Shown piece by piece: positions 26,210 to 38,300 of a DNA stretch of 64,000 nucleotides (position 1 is its first letter; each line of letters opens with the position of its first letter). Location: NCBI RefSeq assembly GCF_009914755.1, contig NC_060926.1; one strand, given 5' to 3'. This DNA is from the human T2T-CHM13v2.0 reference genome, Homo sapiens. Made by a program: the position numbers and the translations under genes. The notes beneath the pieces were generated by a model that worked only from the letters and a program-made list of their open reading frames with translations, made no database searches and was not told where the DNA came from.

Positions 26210-29118
26210 CTTATGTCCATTTTTATATGCTTCCTTTCACTAAATCCTGCTACTTCATAATATTCCCTTTGTCCCATTCCTCGCCTCGTTATCCTGCACC
26301 TCCAGCTCAGTACCCCCATCTCTAACTTTACTTCCTTGGGCAACCTGCGTTTGTGCCCTAGCTACCAATGTGAACATCTGCTACCTTAAAAAATAATAAA
26401 TAAAAAATCACCTCATTGCCTAATATCCTCCAGGGCAAAAATTTTGAAGGATTCAGCATCCTCAAAAAACAGCCACAGAAGGAAAAAAATGCATATCTTT
26501 TTCAGCTCAGTAAATTCTGTCTATATAAAGATTAAATGAATAACACCTTAAAAATTCTTCAATGCAAGCAAATCCATGTTACCAACATGTATTGTCTTCC
26601 TTTATGCATATGAGAGGAAGACACACACATTTTATTTTACTTCATTTCTTCACTGTATCTCCTTTGCAATGTATTACCATATAGAAGAGATACAGCATAT
26701 ATCTGCAACTCTAGAGAACAAAATGCAAATACTTCTCTTCTTTCTCTGGGATGGTATTCTTATCTCCCTTTTTTTCCTGTCCCAAAACACCTCCCCAACT
26801 GGAAGATAAGAAATATTTTGACTGAATTAAAGTGAGTCCTGGGTTAAAATAGCTTGCCTGAATCCAACCAGCGCCCATTTTTAAAAAATCTTCATTTCCA
26901 CATTTGGTCAGCAGCTCTCCCAACTCCAGTCCTTGTATCAGCAGCCTCTTTCCAACCTGAATTCCCATCTCCATACACCTTTGCCCTCGAGCTTTTACCA
27001 GTCCATTTCCTTTATATGTTTGCACTTAATTTGATTCCATCCTTCATGCTGTTTTCATTATTCTTAGTTCATCTACACCACATAAATTATCACCTTTGTT
27101 TTCAGTTCCCCATGTGCTCCAATTCACACCAATTCCAAATAAATACTTCTGATTCTCATCCATTTAATCCAAATTAATTCATATTCTCCCCACCCTCCAT
27201 CCCTGTCTCTACCTCCCCTTTTATCTGTTTCTCTTTCTTGTAGCACCTACTTTCCGTGCATGTCTCTGAGGAAGGTTTTACAGGCAAAATGCTTCTGTGG
27301 ATGCAAGGTAACTGCTTTCTATGTTGTGGGAGGAAAGCCATGATCTTTCTGCCTTATTGCCAACTTCTATGGGCTAATGCTTGCATGTCTGGTTTATCCT
27401 CCACAACTTGTATCCACAGGTGTCATCACCCCACATCCCATTGATCAACCACTGGGAGCGAGAGGGAAAAAGCTTCTTGCTGTTTTGTGGTAGTTAACTT
27501 TGGCTAACTGGCTTGTTTCTGGTTTACAAAGCTGTTTTATCACTCAGTCATCACTAATATCAACAACAACAGTAATAGCTACAATCAACCCCACTACTAT
27601 CGGTAATGAGTTCTTACTATCTATCAGGTATTTGTTTTATCTTTTTTACAAGTATTTTACAAGTATCTGCTCATTTAATATTCAAAACAATCTAGGAGGT
27701 AGACACAATTGTCTCTACTTTAGAAATGAGGAAACTGAGGTCATAAATCTAGGAAGCGACAGTGCGAGGACATAAACCCAAGTCCACCCGATCACAAGGC
27801 TCAGCTCTTAAGTGCTCTGCGATACTGCTTTTCTAACAATGCCTGGTGCCTCCCTGAGTGAATTCCCAATAGGAGTCTTTCCACTTTAGTCCAACATGAG
27901 GCAAGTAGTTGCAGGTGCCAGGTAACATAATGAGCTCCACCTTGGTAATCACTCTGAGTAGACAATGCTCAAAAAAACAGAGCACCACATAATGTATCAA
28001 CCCTAACAGTCACCCTTCTGACATCTCTATTGGAAAGAGGGGATAAGAAAGAAGAAAAAAATGCTCTGGACTCCCTAAAAAGAATCTCTGCTTTCCCAGA
28101 GCTGTCCAGCCTCCATGCTAAGCAGGATGTGCCCTTAGTGCCAATAATTCAGAAAGTGTCCATAATCATGAACTCCACAGCCCAAAGACAACACAACATT
28201 CTTGCCCTTTTCTGCCTTCTCCGGTTTCCTGGAGGGGCCAGGAGATGAGTCATGCACTCCAGCCTGGGAGCACTGCAATGTCTTTCCAATGTCTTGCCAT
28301 AACTTTACTCATTGACTTTAGAAAGAAAGAAGTATCAATAAAAACTACCTTCAGAACAATATCAAAGAAGCAAAAACTGACAATAGCATGAATCATTAGC
28401 CTTGGTGTGTGTATGTGGAGTGGTAAACTGGAACCCAAATTCTGATGGGAAACCATGAGTGGGTCTCTATGCCTGAGCCACGGGATATAAACATTATGTT
28501 AGGAGACCGTCCCATGAACCAAGCAAGAGCCACACAGGAAATTAAGTTCAGAATTAGAGCAGTACAGGCCCAAGTCCTGGTGTGCAAGGAAGCAATGTCA
28601 GTCTTCATCCTCCCATGGGAATAACTCTAAGGTTCATAACAGTGATTTCCTCTGTCATATATTATATATTCGAACTTCAGGAAAGTTCTTCTCTACTACA
28701 CAAAAACAGTTCATGGACCTCCAGAACACTAGAATTGAAAGGGGCCCTAAGAGCCAGATTGTTCAACAGATGTGGAAAATGAGGCCTGGTGAGGTAAAGG
28801 AACAGGCTCAAGGTCACAGAGCTGGATAGTGGCAGAGTTAGAACTAAAGCCCAGGTTGTTCTGATTTTCCAGCCAGCAATCTCTCCCCTGCACACTTCTT
28901 TGGAGGCACAGCCCAGAAGGCCCCCCAGAGCACCAAACACTTTTCCTAGCTCATATGCTATCACTGATTTCTCTCCAAGAATGCTTTTATACTTCCACTT
29001 ACACCTTTGGGGATTTTCCCTATTCAGCTCGCAGTGTGCAAACAGTATGCAAAAACCATACAGGTAGCACACTGTTGGAGACTCACTTAAAAACCACCAA
29101 TCACAGTAATTGCTACTA

Positions 29119-29312
29119 GCATCCTAGTAGCCCAGGAAGAGACACCACCCCTAAGCTCCAATCTCAAAGCAGAGAACAAAGACCAGTTCCAAGAAAAATA
29201 AGAGTTTCACGCTTTTCTGTGTAAACCCCACTTTTCCAAATTATCCCATTGCTCAAAAGATCAGTATGACTGGAACTTAGGGATGGTGTCTCTTCCTGGG
29301 CTACTAGGATGC
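29119..29312. repeat. Near-perfect inverted repeat, 42-bp arms (29119-29160, 29271-29312), 110-nt spacer
   Basis: 40 of 42 positions identical between the left arm and the reverse complement of the right arm, no gaps. Confidence 0.97.
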
Positions 29313-29989
29313 CCTGAGTAAAATACACAATCCCCATCCCTCCCCCACCCGCTCTTGCCACACACATAGCAATGTAATCACTTTAGCAACTTCTCAGTAA
29401 CAAGCTCATTAAAAAGCAATTCTGCCATCTCTCCATAAAGCACGCGCCAGAGAACAATGCAAAAGAGGAGATGCCAATTAATTATAGAATGATCACATCT
29501 AATGAACTCTGAAACCCTCCTGCTGTTGGTGACTTTGATGAAAAATCAGGATGCTGGGAAAAGAGTGAATAGGGACACCCTAGCTACCTTGTTTAACTGT
29601 GAATGCTTTCAAATGCATCCTCAGCTCCCAGTGTTGATCAAAACTGTGGAGCTACACTCATAAAACAATGCAAAGTGTCAGGAAAGCGACAAGTGTCTGT
29701 GTCACAAACAGCTATGAGTCACTGCCAGGGCCCCCTTCAGCCATCCTCAGAATTGTATGATTCTATGCTGTGGTTGGCACTGTAGGGACAAACCCGTCTG
29801 TGCTTGGGACATCTTGAGATCTTAAGGTAACAAGTGAGTCATTCTTTGTCCCTACCTGGGGCCTCCCGCCTGTCTATCACCTCCTCATCAGCAGGGGTGC
29901 CACTCCTCAGAACAAAGAGGAGCCCTCCCACATGACGAGGCTACAGGAGGGGAAAGAAGAAACCACGTGCGGCCAACTTGTACCACTAC

Positions 29990-30620
29990 CTGTGTGAGTC
30001 CTCTGGTGGGCCTTTAAGTGGGAGCTTTTTGTATAAACTTTCCGGCACCCGTTAAACTGACAGCGGTGAACCCTCTTCTTGTTTTCGGGACATGCTTCAG
30101 CCCCTAGCCCTCCTTGGTCACTGTCGCTCTGTCCACTCTTAACGGCCCCCGCAGCCGTCACGGCTGCTGCAGCTGTTGCGACCCCTCCCACCTTTACGGA
30201 GCTGAGAGCAGCCTTCTTGGCCACCAGTTTCAACGTCACCGTGCCATCCACGGCAGAGAGAGTTTGTGAGGTTTTGACCAGATGGCGGCTGAGCTCAGGG
30301 GACGATGGGGGCGTTAATGAGGTCACTGCGTTGAGCTGGGCCTGGTTGACGGCTGTGTAGCTGTCTAGAGAAGAGCTGGCCGGCTGGAGGCTGAGGCAGG
30401 TCTCAGATAGCAACTTGTCCCGAGAGAGCAAGATGTCCACTGCCGAGCTCTTCTCACAGATGGCCGCTTCCACGGGGAGCAGCAGGGGGTCTAAGCGACG
30501 GAAGCTTTCCTCAATGCACGGGGGAGGGGAAGCGTGGAGGAAACAGTCCAAGTCCTCACCAAAGGTCTCTGAGATCCTCCGGGGCTCCGTCTGTAGGTAG
30601 CGTTCCAATTCAAGGCATGT
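29990..30620 (-). CDS. KLF7: KLF7 coding exon 2 (631 nt): TCLELERYLQTEPRR...LTPPSSP...KKRVHRCQFNGCRKVYTKSSHLKAHQRTHT-G
   Basis: Translation matches KLF7 as I know it (KLF6/7-type CLELERYL motif, Ala-rich tract, basic stretch, first C2H2 finger). Acceptor ...ttctctccctccttcttcctcttgcag|ACATGC, phase 0 (AG at 30622-30621). Donor ACAG|gtagtg, phase 1 (GT at 29989-29988), inside the TGEKP linker as is typical for KLF genes. Confidence 0.98.
29994..30068 (-). other. KLF7: C2H2 zinc finger 1 coding segment (HRCQFNGCRKVYTKSSHLKAHQRTH)
   Basis: C-x4-C-x12-H-x3-H pattern with the Sp/KLF signature YTKSSHLKAH. Confidence 0.97.
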
Positions 30621-32824
30621 CTGCAAGAGGAAGAAGGAGGGAGAGAAACAGCCATCAGAGGCACAGAACACCATGAGGCCACACGTTGACAGGCAGAGGG
30701 GGAAGGTGCAGAGAGAATGGTTTCATGGCTTGTATCAGAAATGCCTTAGTAGAAGGTCTGACCTTGTTATTTATTCTCTGAATACCTCTGAAAGGTTCAT
30801 AAGGGTCACATCAGATGATTTCAATTACTCTAGCTGAAGGAGAACAAGAGCCCCAGAAGGACTATCTCATACCTTCGAGATTCCAGAGAACATCAAATGA
30901 TGATCTCTTGCCCCTCAATCCAATTCAGCAGGTAAGATGCTCCAATTTCCCCTCTAGAAATTATCATGCAAGCAAGAAGCAAATAGAAACAGATAAGGTT
31001 TTCATACTAAGACAAGACTTCCCAGAGTCCAACTTCCTTATTCAAAACAGACTTGAGCACATCACACAAGTAAGTCAGTTTTCCCACTTGCTCTGAAGAA
31101 CAAGCCATGTTCACTCAAACTAAGAGGTGACCTCAGTAACAATCAAACAACAGCAAGCCCTGCCTTGGGGATGGATTCCATAACCAGCAGGAAAGAATAC
31201 TGTTCTAAAGAATGTCTACCATAAAACTTTTGAGGCACAAGACAAAACCCTTGTTGTTTATAGCAAGTCATTTAAAATACAATGCTATATTACTTTGTGG
31301 CAAGGGGCATAAATCCCATTTCAATGGTTTAGCATCTCTGACTACATGATAAAAATAAATTCAAACATAGCTATTTAGACCACTTAAAGATAGGACCCAA
31401 TATATTTCAACATAAAATTTTCACCCGATAAAGAAACAGGGGAGAAGAACAAAAAAGTTTAGTTTCAACAAATCTTCATCCATGGCACTCATAAGTTTTT
31501 GTAAGATGGGGGAGTGCTTTTATGGCAAACGTCGATATTTAAGAAGTTTGTTCTAAAGCCCTCCTCACTCAAAAATCCTACAATTCCAGAATCTTGTATA
31601 AAACTATGTTGCTAACTTGCACTATCAGCTCAATTTGCTCTATCTTCTGGATTCAACAAAGACCCACTGATGGCAAATTTAAAATGTGACTAGTTCCAAA
31701 TTTACTGCCCCCGTAAAGCTCCTATGTTTTCAACTGATGTTCTGATTCTAGGCATTTATTCTGTTAAGAATATATTTTAATGATATACCTAGTAGTGTTG
31801 TATCTGTCAAGGATTTTATTTTGGTGACATTTCAAAAGACTGGTTTTTAATCACACTTCTGGTAAAACTCTGCATTACTGAATAAGAAAATCAGATTTTT
31901 AACTATGAATCAGCTTTGGGTCTCACTGTTGATTTTCAATGGTAAGAACTAATGAATGGTTCCAGTCTTCATTCAACACTCATGTCACAAGTGTTCATGC
32001 AACTACTGTGCTCACAGCAAGGTACAAGGCTTTGTATGTGGTAGATGGAGAAGATATAGCAGTAGGTCCACATGATGCAGGTATAGAATAAACAACCACA
32101 AGCTAAAAATTACATAAATTCACATAGAAATGTGATACCAAAAAATAGTATAAAATGTGTTGATAAGTTCTTAGGGGCTGAGTGGACACCTAATTCTATA
32201 CTCTATTAATGTAGTATTAATCAAGGAAAGCTTAGTGAAAAAGTAAGTTTTGATTCTGTTTTACTTATTGATTAAATAATAGCTTTGACTCAGTAGCTTC
32301 CCACTACTCTACATTAGAAACCAGTATGATGACCTTCTCAGGTCTAGAAATATGAATTATCCTCACTTGCTTCTTTTCTGAACTCCACTTCTCAAAAATT
32401 TCCCCTTCCTTATTCCATCTCATTGCTAGAAATTATCACTTACATCTCTCCAATATTGAAGCCCTCAGTCTTGGCTCCATTCAATTGATTTCTGAATTAT
32501 AAGATTCTACTCCTGAAACCTCCCTTAAATTTCTTCTTCCCTTTCTGAATCATCACCTACCAAGCACAGTGCCTGGCACCTAACAGGTACATAATGTCTG
32601 TCAAAGACAAAGCCCACTTTATACTATTACTTTGATCATTCTACCTCTTCTACTCTTCAATAGCCATCTTTGAAACCCTACCCTGTACCATGCTGAGGGG
32701 GCAATTTTGGAAATGACCACTAATACATATCTCTGGGAATACAATTGCAATGCTTCTTGAGCTTTGCCCAAAGAGCAGTACCAGATCTTTGAGACACAGA
32801 TATGTTTTAGGTAAAAATCAGTAT

Positions 32825-33043
<219 letters not shown>

Positions 33044-33776
33044 TCAGCTGACTCATGGGGTATCAGATGTCCTTGAGGTAGTTCTCTGCCTCCTCTACAA
33101 TGACTTTCACATACTCAATCATCACTGCCTGTGAATAGAGTTTTTGTATGCCATTTATTTACATACTATCCAGCCCAAAGACTGAAAAGTCACTAAGATA
33201 TTGTGATTATTAGAAGGCTCAGATCTCTTCATATTCAGAAGAGATCTGAATGCAGGGCTGAGATATTCTAAATACATTTACACACTCTTCTGGGAGGATT
33301 AAGTAACTTATGCAGTATGCCCTGGTGTGAACTGCAGGAGCACATGAGTCATATTTATGATCTAAAGATGAGAGACATCTGATCACTAAAATGTGGAAAA
33401 ATCTGGACCATTTCAGAGTGGCTATAATTTGCAATCCTAATACAGGGCATTTTTACTCCTCCTGAAAATTGAAGAAGCATAAGTACCCATCGGGATGTGC
33501 TGGGACAGTCCTGTCAAATCATTATGAAATGATTGCTGTCTTAGGAAATACACTTCTTATATCTGCTGGAGATGAAGTTAAGGTAGAGGAGAAGATTTTG
33601 TCAATTCGAAACCCCAGTGAGGGGGTTAAAGACTTTTCTCATCAGGAGTATGGAGATTAAAATGTTAAGGATGAGGAGGATTCTAATATTAGATTATTTC
33701 CAAGCCAATGAGAACATTTACTTCCAACATTGTTTGTAAATGATTATGAGAACTCTCATAAGAAATGTCCATGACA

Positions 33777-34073
<297 letters not shown>

Positions 34074-34129
34074 CTATGATGTTTGATGGGAACTGAGGTA
34101 TTAGTATTTCCTCATGGATTTTAATATAC

Positions 34130-35335
34130 ACACACATACATACATAGAGAAATAAATGTGTATATCCATGTGTGAGTATACATACATATATTTCCTAACT
34201 CCATCCACTGAAAGAAGCTACAGGCAAAGATAACCCCAGGAGCAATGAGCACACTTAGCCCAGGGATCTTGGTTTCTAAATATCATTATCCAATAAAGGG
34301 AACCAGGACTCCCTAGAGAAATAGTTGTTGGAAGGGCTGGAACAATGAAAATAAAAGTTGAGCCTAGAATATCATTGTGGTACCAAAAGATAAGGAAGTG
34401 CTCATAAAGTGATGAAGTCATGTCAGAAAGACTCAGAAGCCAACTTAAAGGAGCTGTCAATGGCCAAATGAATAATAATAGGTTATAATTCATAAAATAA
34501 ATATCCCTGAATCCATACTGATATAAATAAATGACTGAATAAATTAAAAGATGGAAGGAAAGGGTCAGCTCCTCATTACAGTAAAATTATGATTCAAAAA
34601 CACAGAAGGAATGATGGAAATAGAAAATCACCATAGGCAAACAGCAAAGTAATAATGATTACAAGTTAAGAATTACCAATGGATGCTAAAACTAGTAGAA
34701 AGATCTATGATGAGAAACAAGGTATCTGCCTAGTTTCAAAGTATCCACCGAACAAAATATTTATTTGTTAATTATGAAGACAAAATATAATAACTCTACA
34801 GTGGAGAAACCTGGAAGAAACCACCTTAGCCATATGATCAAAATTAGCAGCACAAGGAACAAGTAATATTGATCACATGTACCCCTGATATGATAAGCTG
34901 ACAAGGATACAATATTATTCTATGATATTTCTGTCAAAATGGTTAACCTCAATCTAATCATGAGAAAACAGACAAATTTAAATTGAGGACTATTCTACAA
35001 AGCAAATAGCCAGTTATTCTTTAAGTGCTGGGTCACAAAGAACAAAGAAAGACTGAGAAGTTGTCACAGACTGGAGAAGAATAAGGAGATATGGCAACTA
35101 AATGCAATGGATCCTGGCCTGGGTCCTGAACCAGTAAAAGGACTGGTGGAAAAAAATAATGTAATTCAAAGGAAGTGTTTAGATTAGTTAATGGTATTAT
35201 ATCAATGATAATTTCCTGGTTCTTATAATTGAACTATGGTTGCGTAACATTAGGGGAAGCTGGACAAACAATATTTGGTAACTCTATGTATGGTTTTTGC
35301 AACATTTCTGTAAGTCTAAACTAACTTCAAAAAAC
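34130..35335 (+). mobile_element. Old L1 3' end (L1MC-type)
   Basis: L1MC-like blocks gcaatgagcacacttagcccagggatcttggtttctaaat, cagtggagaaacctgg, ggcaactaaatgcaatg, and the terminal ttttgcaacatttctgtaagtctaaa. Confidence 0.8.
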
Positions 35336-38300
35336 AGGGAGAGACGAAGACCATCAGCAGGCTAAAAGTGTCCCTAAACTGTAAATTTGGATAGAGAGTT
35401 CAAATGTTTTTCCACTAGAACCAGAGATTTTCTCTGTTCAAATGATACTCTTGCCAGCAAACTCCAAATCGGAGTCAGCGAATGTCAGTTTAATGACACA
35501 AATTATGCCTGTCTGGCACTCACCTCGGAGGTACAAGGCTTCCCTCAGCCTGACCTAACCATACAACTTAAGGCTTGAGCCACTGGATCAACCCCCAACC
35601 CCTAAAAAATTCATTACAGTCAGCAATGGGAAGAAAATATTCCCGAGTGCAAAGTGATTTTCCTCTATATTGATGAGTCACAGATGAGCTTTGTGAAGAT
35701 TCTCTTGATATCTCAACTTTGAAATGCATGGCTTCTCCTAGCTTCCTAATAAATATCACCTGAAATTCATATTGAACTGCTCATCTTGAAACCTTTTTTA
35801 ATACTCTCTTCATGCTTTTCATAGCATTCTCACTTGTTGCAACACACTTATTAAAAGTAATAATCCAAGACCTAGTTAAAAAATAATAGACTTTAAACCT
35901 ATTACTGCCTACTACATCTATGATAATTTTCCTACAAGGAGGACCTGACTTTTCCTCTCCATTTGTTTATTTATTCAATCATTTGTTTGTATCAGTATGA
36001 ATTCATTTTTATTTTATCCTATGGATCGTAATCCACTATTATCATTATTCATTTTTTGTTGCTCAGAGGCAGAATTTTCCAGAGACAGAAGTTGAAAGAA
36101 AACAGGATAATTCAAGTTTTGTGGCACATATTAAGTTTATCAAAAGCTCTCTGCTGCTGACAAGAGGTAGTTACTTTCACAGCCTTGAGAACAATATAAG
36201 ACATTTGGTTATATATGGGCATGGTGCCAAGGTTACCAAATGGCTTCTGTTTAACCTGTCTTTATCTCATCACCAATTACGTGGAACTTGCCAGTCAGGA
36301 TTGCACACATCTCCTGTCACATTGACTATTTCCCCTACGACCCTTACCTAAAGGGTTTCCTTCACCTATTTTTCTTGTCCTTACTTTCCCATGCCCATAT
36401 GCTCGAAACAATCTTCCTTTCGCCTTCCCTCCCACTCATCATTCTTTCATTCAAAGTTCAACATAAAGTCTATCCCCTTCAGGGAGCCCAACCTAGAAAA
36501 AGATGGAGTCAAGAAAATACGCTGACTGTCAAGTGTTGAAAGACACTCCTCTTCAACCCTGGACAATTAAACGGTATTTCCAAAATGAATCTTAGAGTCC
36601 ACAGATTGGTGGGATGTCTGGTTTATTAAGATCATGATTTTAAAAGCAATGATATTTCTTATACCATACGTTCCTAAACAGTAAAGTTAAGTGATTAGAG
36701 CTAAACCTGTACCTCTGTTTTCTCATATGGCAGATATGTCTAAGTGTTTGAAGTGATGGAGAGTTGGAAGAGCTAGAACTTTCTGAAAAAATGAGCTAGA
36801 ATCGTCTCACAACTCCCATCCATTGCAACCACTATAACTACAACCATGTTTAGTTGGGGCAGACTGTAGTCCAGCCTCTTCAATACCATCACTTTTCAAA
36901 CAAATCACCTGGAACATAAAAGGTTCAGTTTTTATTTCTGTGTCTTTTAATTTGAACATAAGACAAAACCATTGGTGCAATATTTTTGCTACTACCCAAT
37001 AACTATGCCACTTTGGGTAATTATTGGGAGTCTCTGGATCCATGTATACTCAAGTTAGTAAGTAAAAAAACAAATTTAAAGAAATAAAGAAATTGCAATT
37101 TTCTAATGACTTTTTCTGGTACAGAGTCAACGAAATAAAAGGCCACCAACTACACTCAATGTTTCTAATCAATTTTCAGTCATTTGTGGTCCTTTAGCCA
37201 GCTGCCCTTAATCTCAGTCATTCCACCTATCTCGCCTAAAAGGGCCAAGAGTTAAAAGTACAAAGAGATTAAACAAATTGGGGACAGAATGTAGATATAA
37301 AAGCATGGGAAAGTGCAGCTTTCCACCATGTGGAAACTTGCAAAGTCATGCTTCCTCTGAGATCAGATCTGGATCTGAAGGATGATGATGATGGTGGTGA
37401 GAAGGATGATGCTTCTGGCGAGGAAGGGACAGACTTTGGTTCCCAGAAAGAATGTTCACCTAAGTAATTGCACAAGCAGGTAAACTGCACTTGGCTGCCC
37501 ATGGGAGCCCTTTCTGACATTTATTGTGTGGTTTTTGTCACATGCTATTAACCATGGTGTCACAGTCCCCAAAGAGTTTCAAGTAAAGAAAGAGAGAAAC
37601 AAACCCCTTGCCTTTCTCCTGGGAGGGTCCCAAAGTTTAATTAGCTTTTTTGTGCTTTGAAATCTTCAAACATCCCAGAATGGAAATTCAGAGTGACACA
37701 AAACAAGCTACTGTTAGGAGGGAAATGTGTGGCCTTCTTTCTTCAAGCCACCCTCTAAAATACTCATTCTTTTCTAACTTACTAGACGTGTTTACATATC
37801 ACTTTTTAGCAAAAAAGGCAGATTCTCTGACTCCAGAAACCAACTTGAAAATCTGGATTGCAAAGACTGATACTGATGGGAACTTTGTGACTCTCTTTCT
37901 CTTCAAAGAATAATATGATGTAATGATTCTGACACATTCCTAGGCTTTCAAAATTAAGTCAGAATTGAAAGACAGGAAAAGATGTGGGAAGCATGGCCAG
38001 GGAGATCTGGTACATTTTTGACAGGAGTTGGAGGAGGAGGAAAAAGATGTACTATGCTTAATAAACTCAGGAAGTCCATGAGACAATCTCAGATGCCAAG
38101 CATCTGAACCTTGTTGCCTGCCTTCCTGGGTTTCAACATTATAAATAGGCTTGAGGAAGAAGACGGTAACACTGAATCTACCTCGTGGCAGAAAGGATGC
38201 ATGAACCAGTGCAAGCATCCACCTTGGGAGACCTAGAGAGTGATTCCTAACAAGATATTAAGCATATGTTCACTTTTTCTTGCCTTTCATGACCAGGAAA

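Noticed and set aside
27100-28300. Possible intronic lncRNA (I recall a KLF7-IT1 annotation in this intron)
   Set aside because: Its boundaries and existence cannot be supported from the sequence alone.
30079-30600. Antisense ORFs (93 aa and 61 aa) over exon 2
   Set aside because: Shadow ORFs from GC-rich codon usage on the opposite strand.
29907-30674. 255-aa single-exon ORF (MVFCASDG...KLF7 exon 2...SGTSWPHVVSSFPSCSLVMWEGSSLF)
   Set aside because: The extensions are read-through into the polypyrimidine tract and past the donor. I saw no minus-strand AATAAA/ATTAAA within about 2 kb downstream to support a truncated terminal exon. Only 29990-30620 is called.
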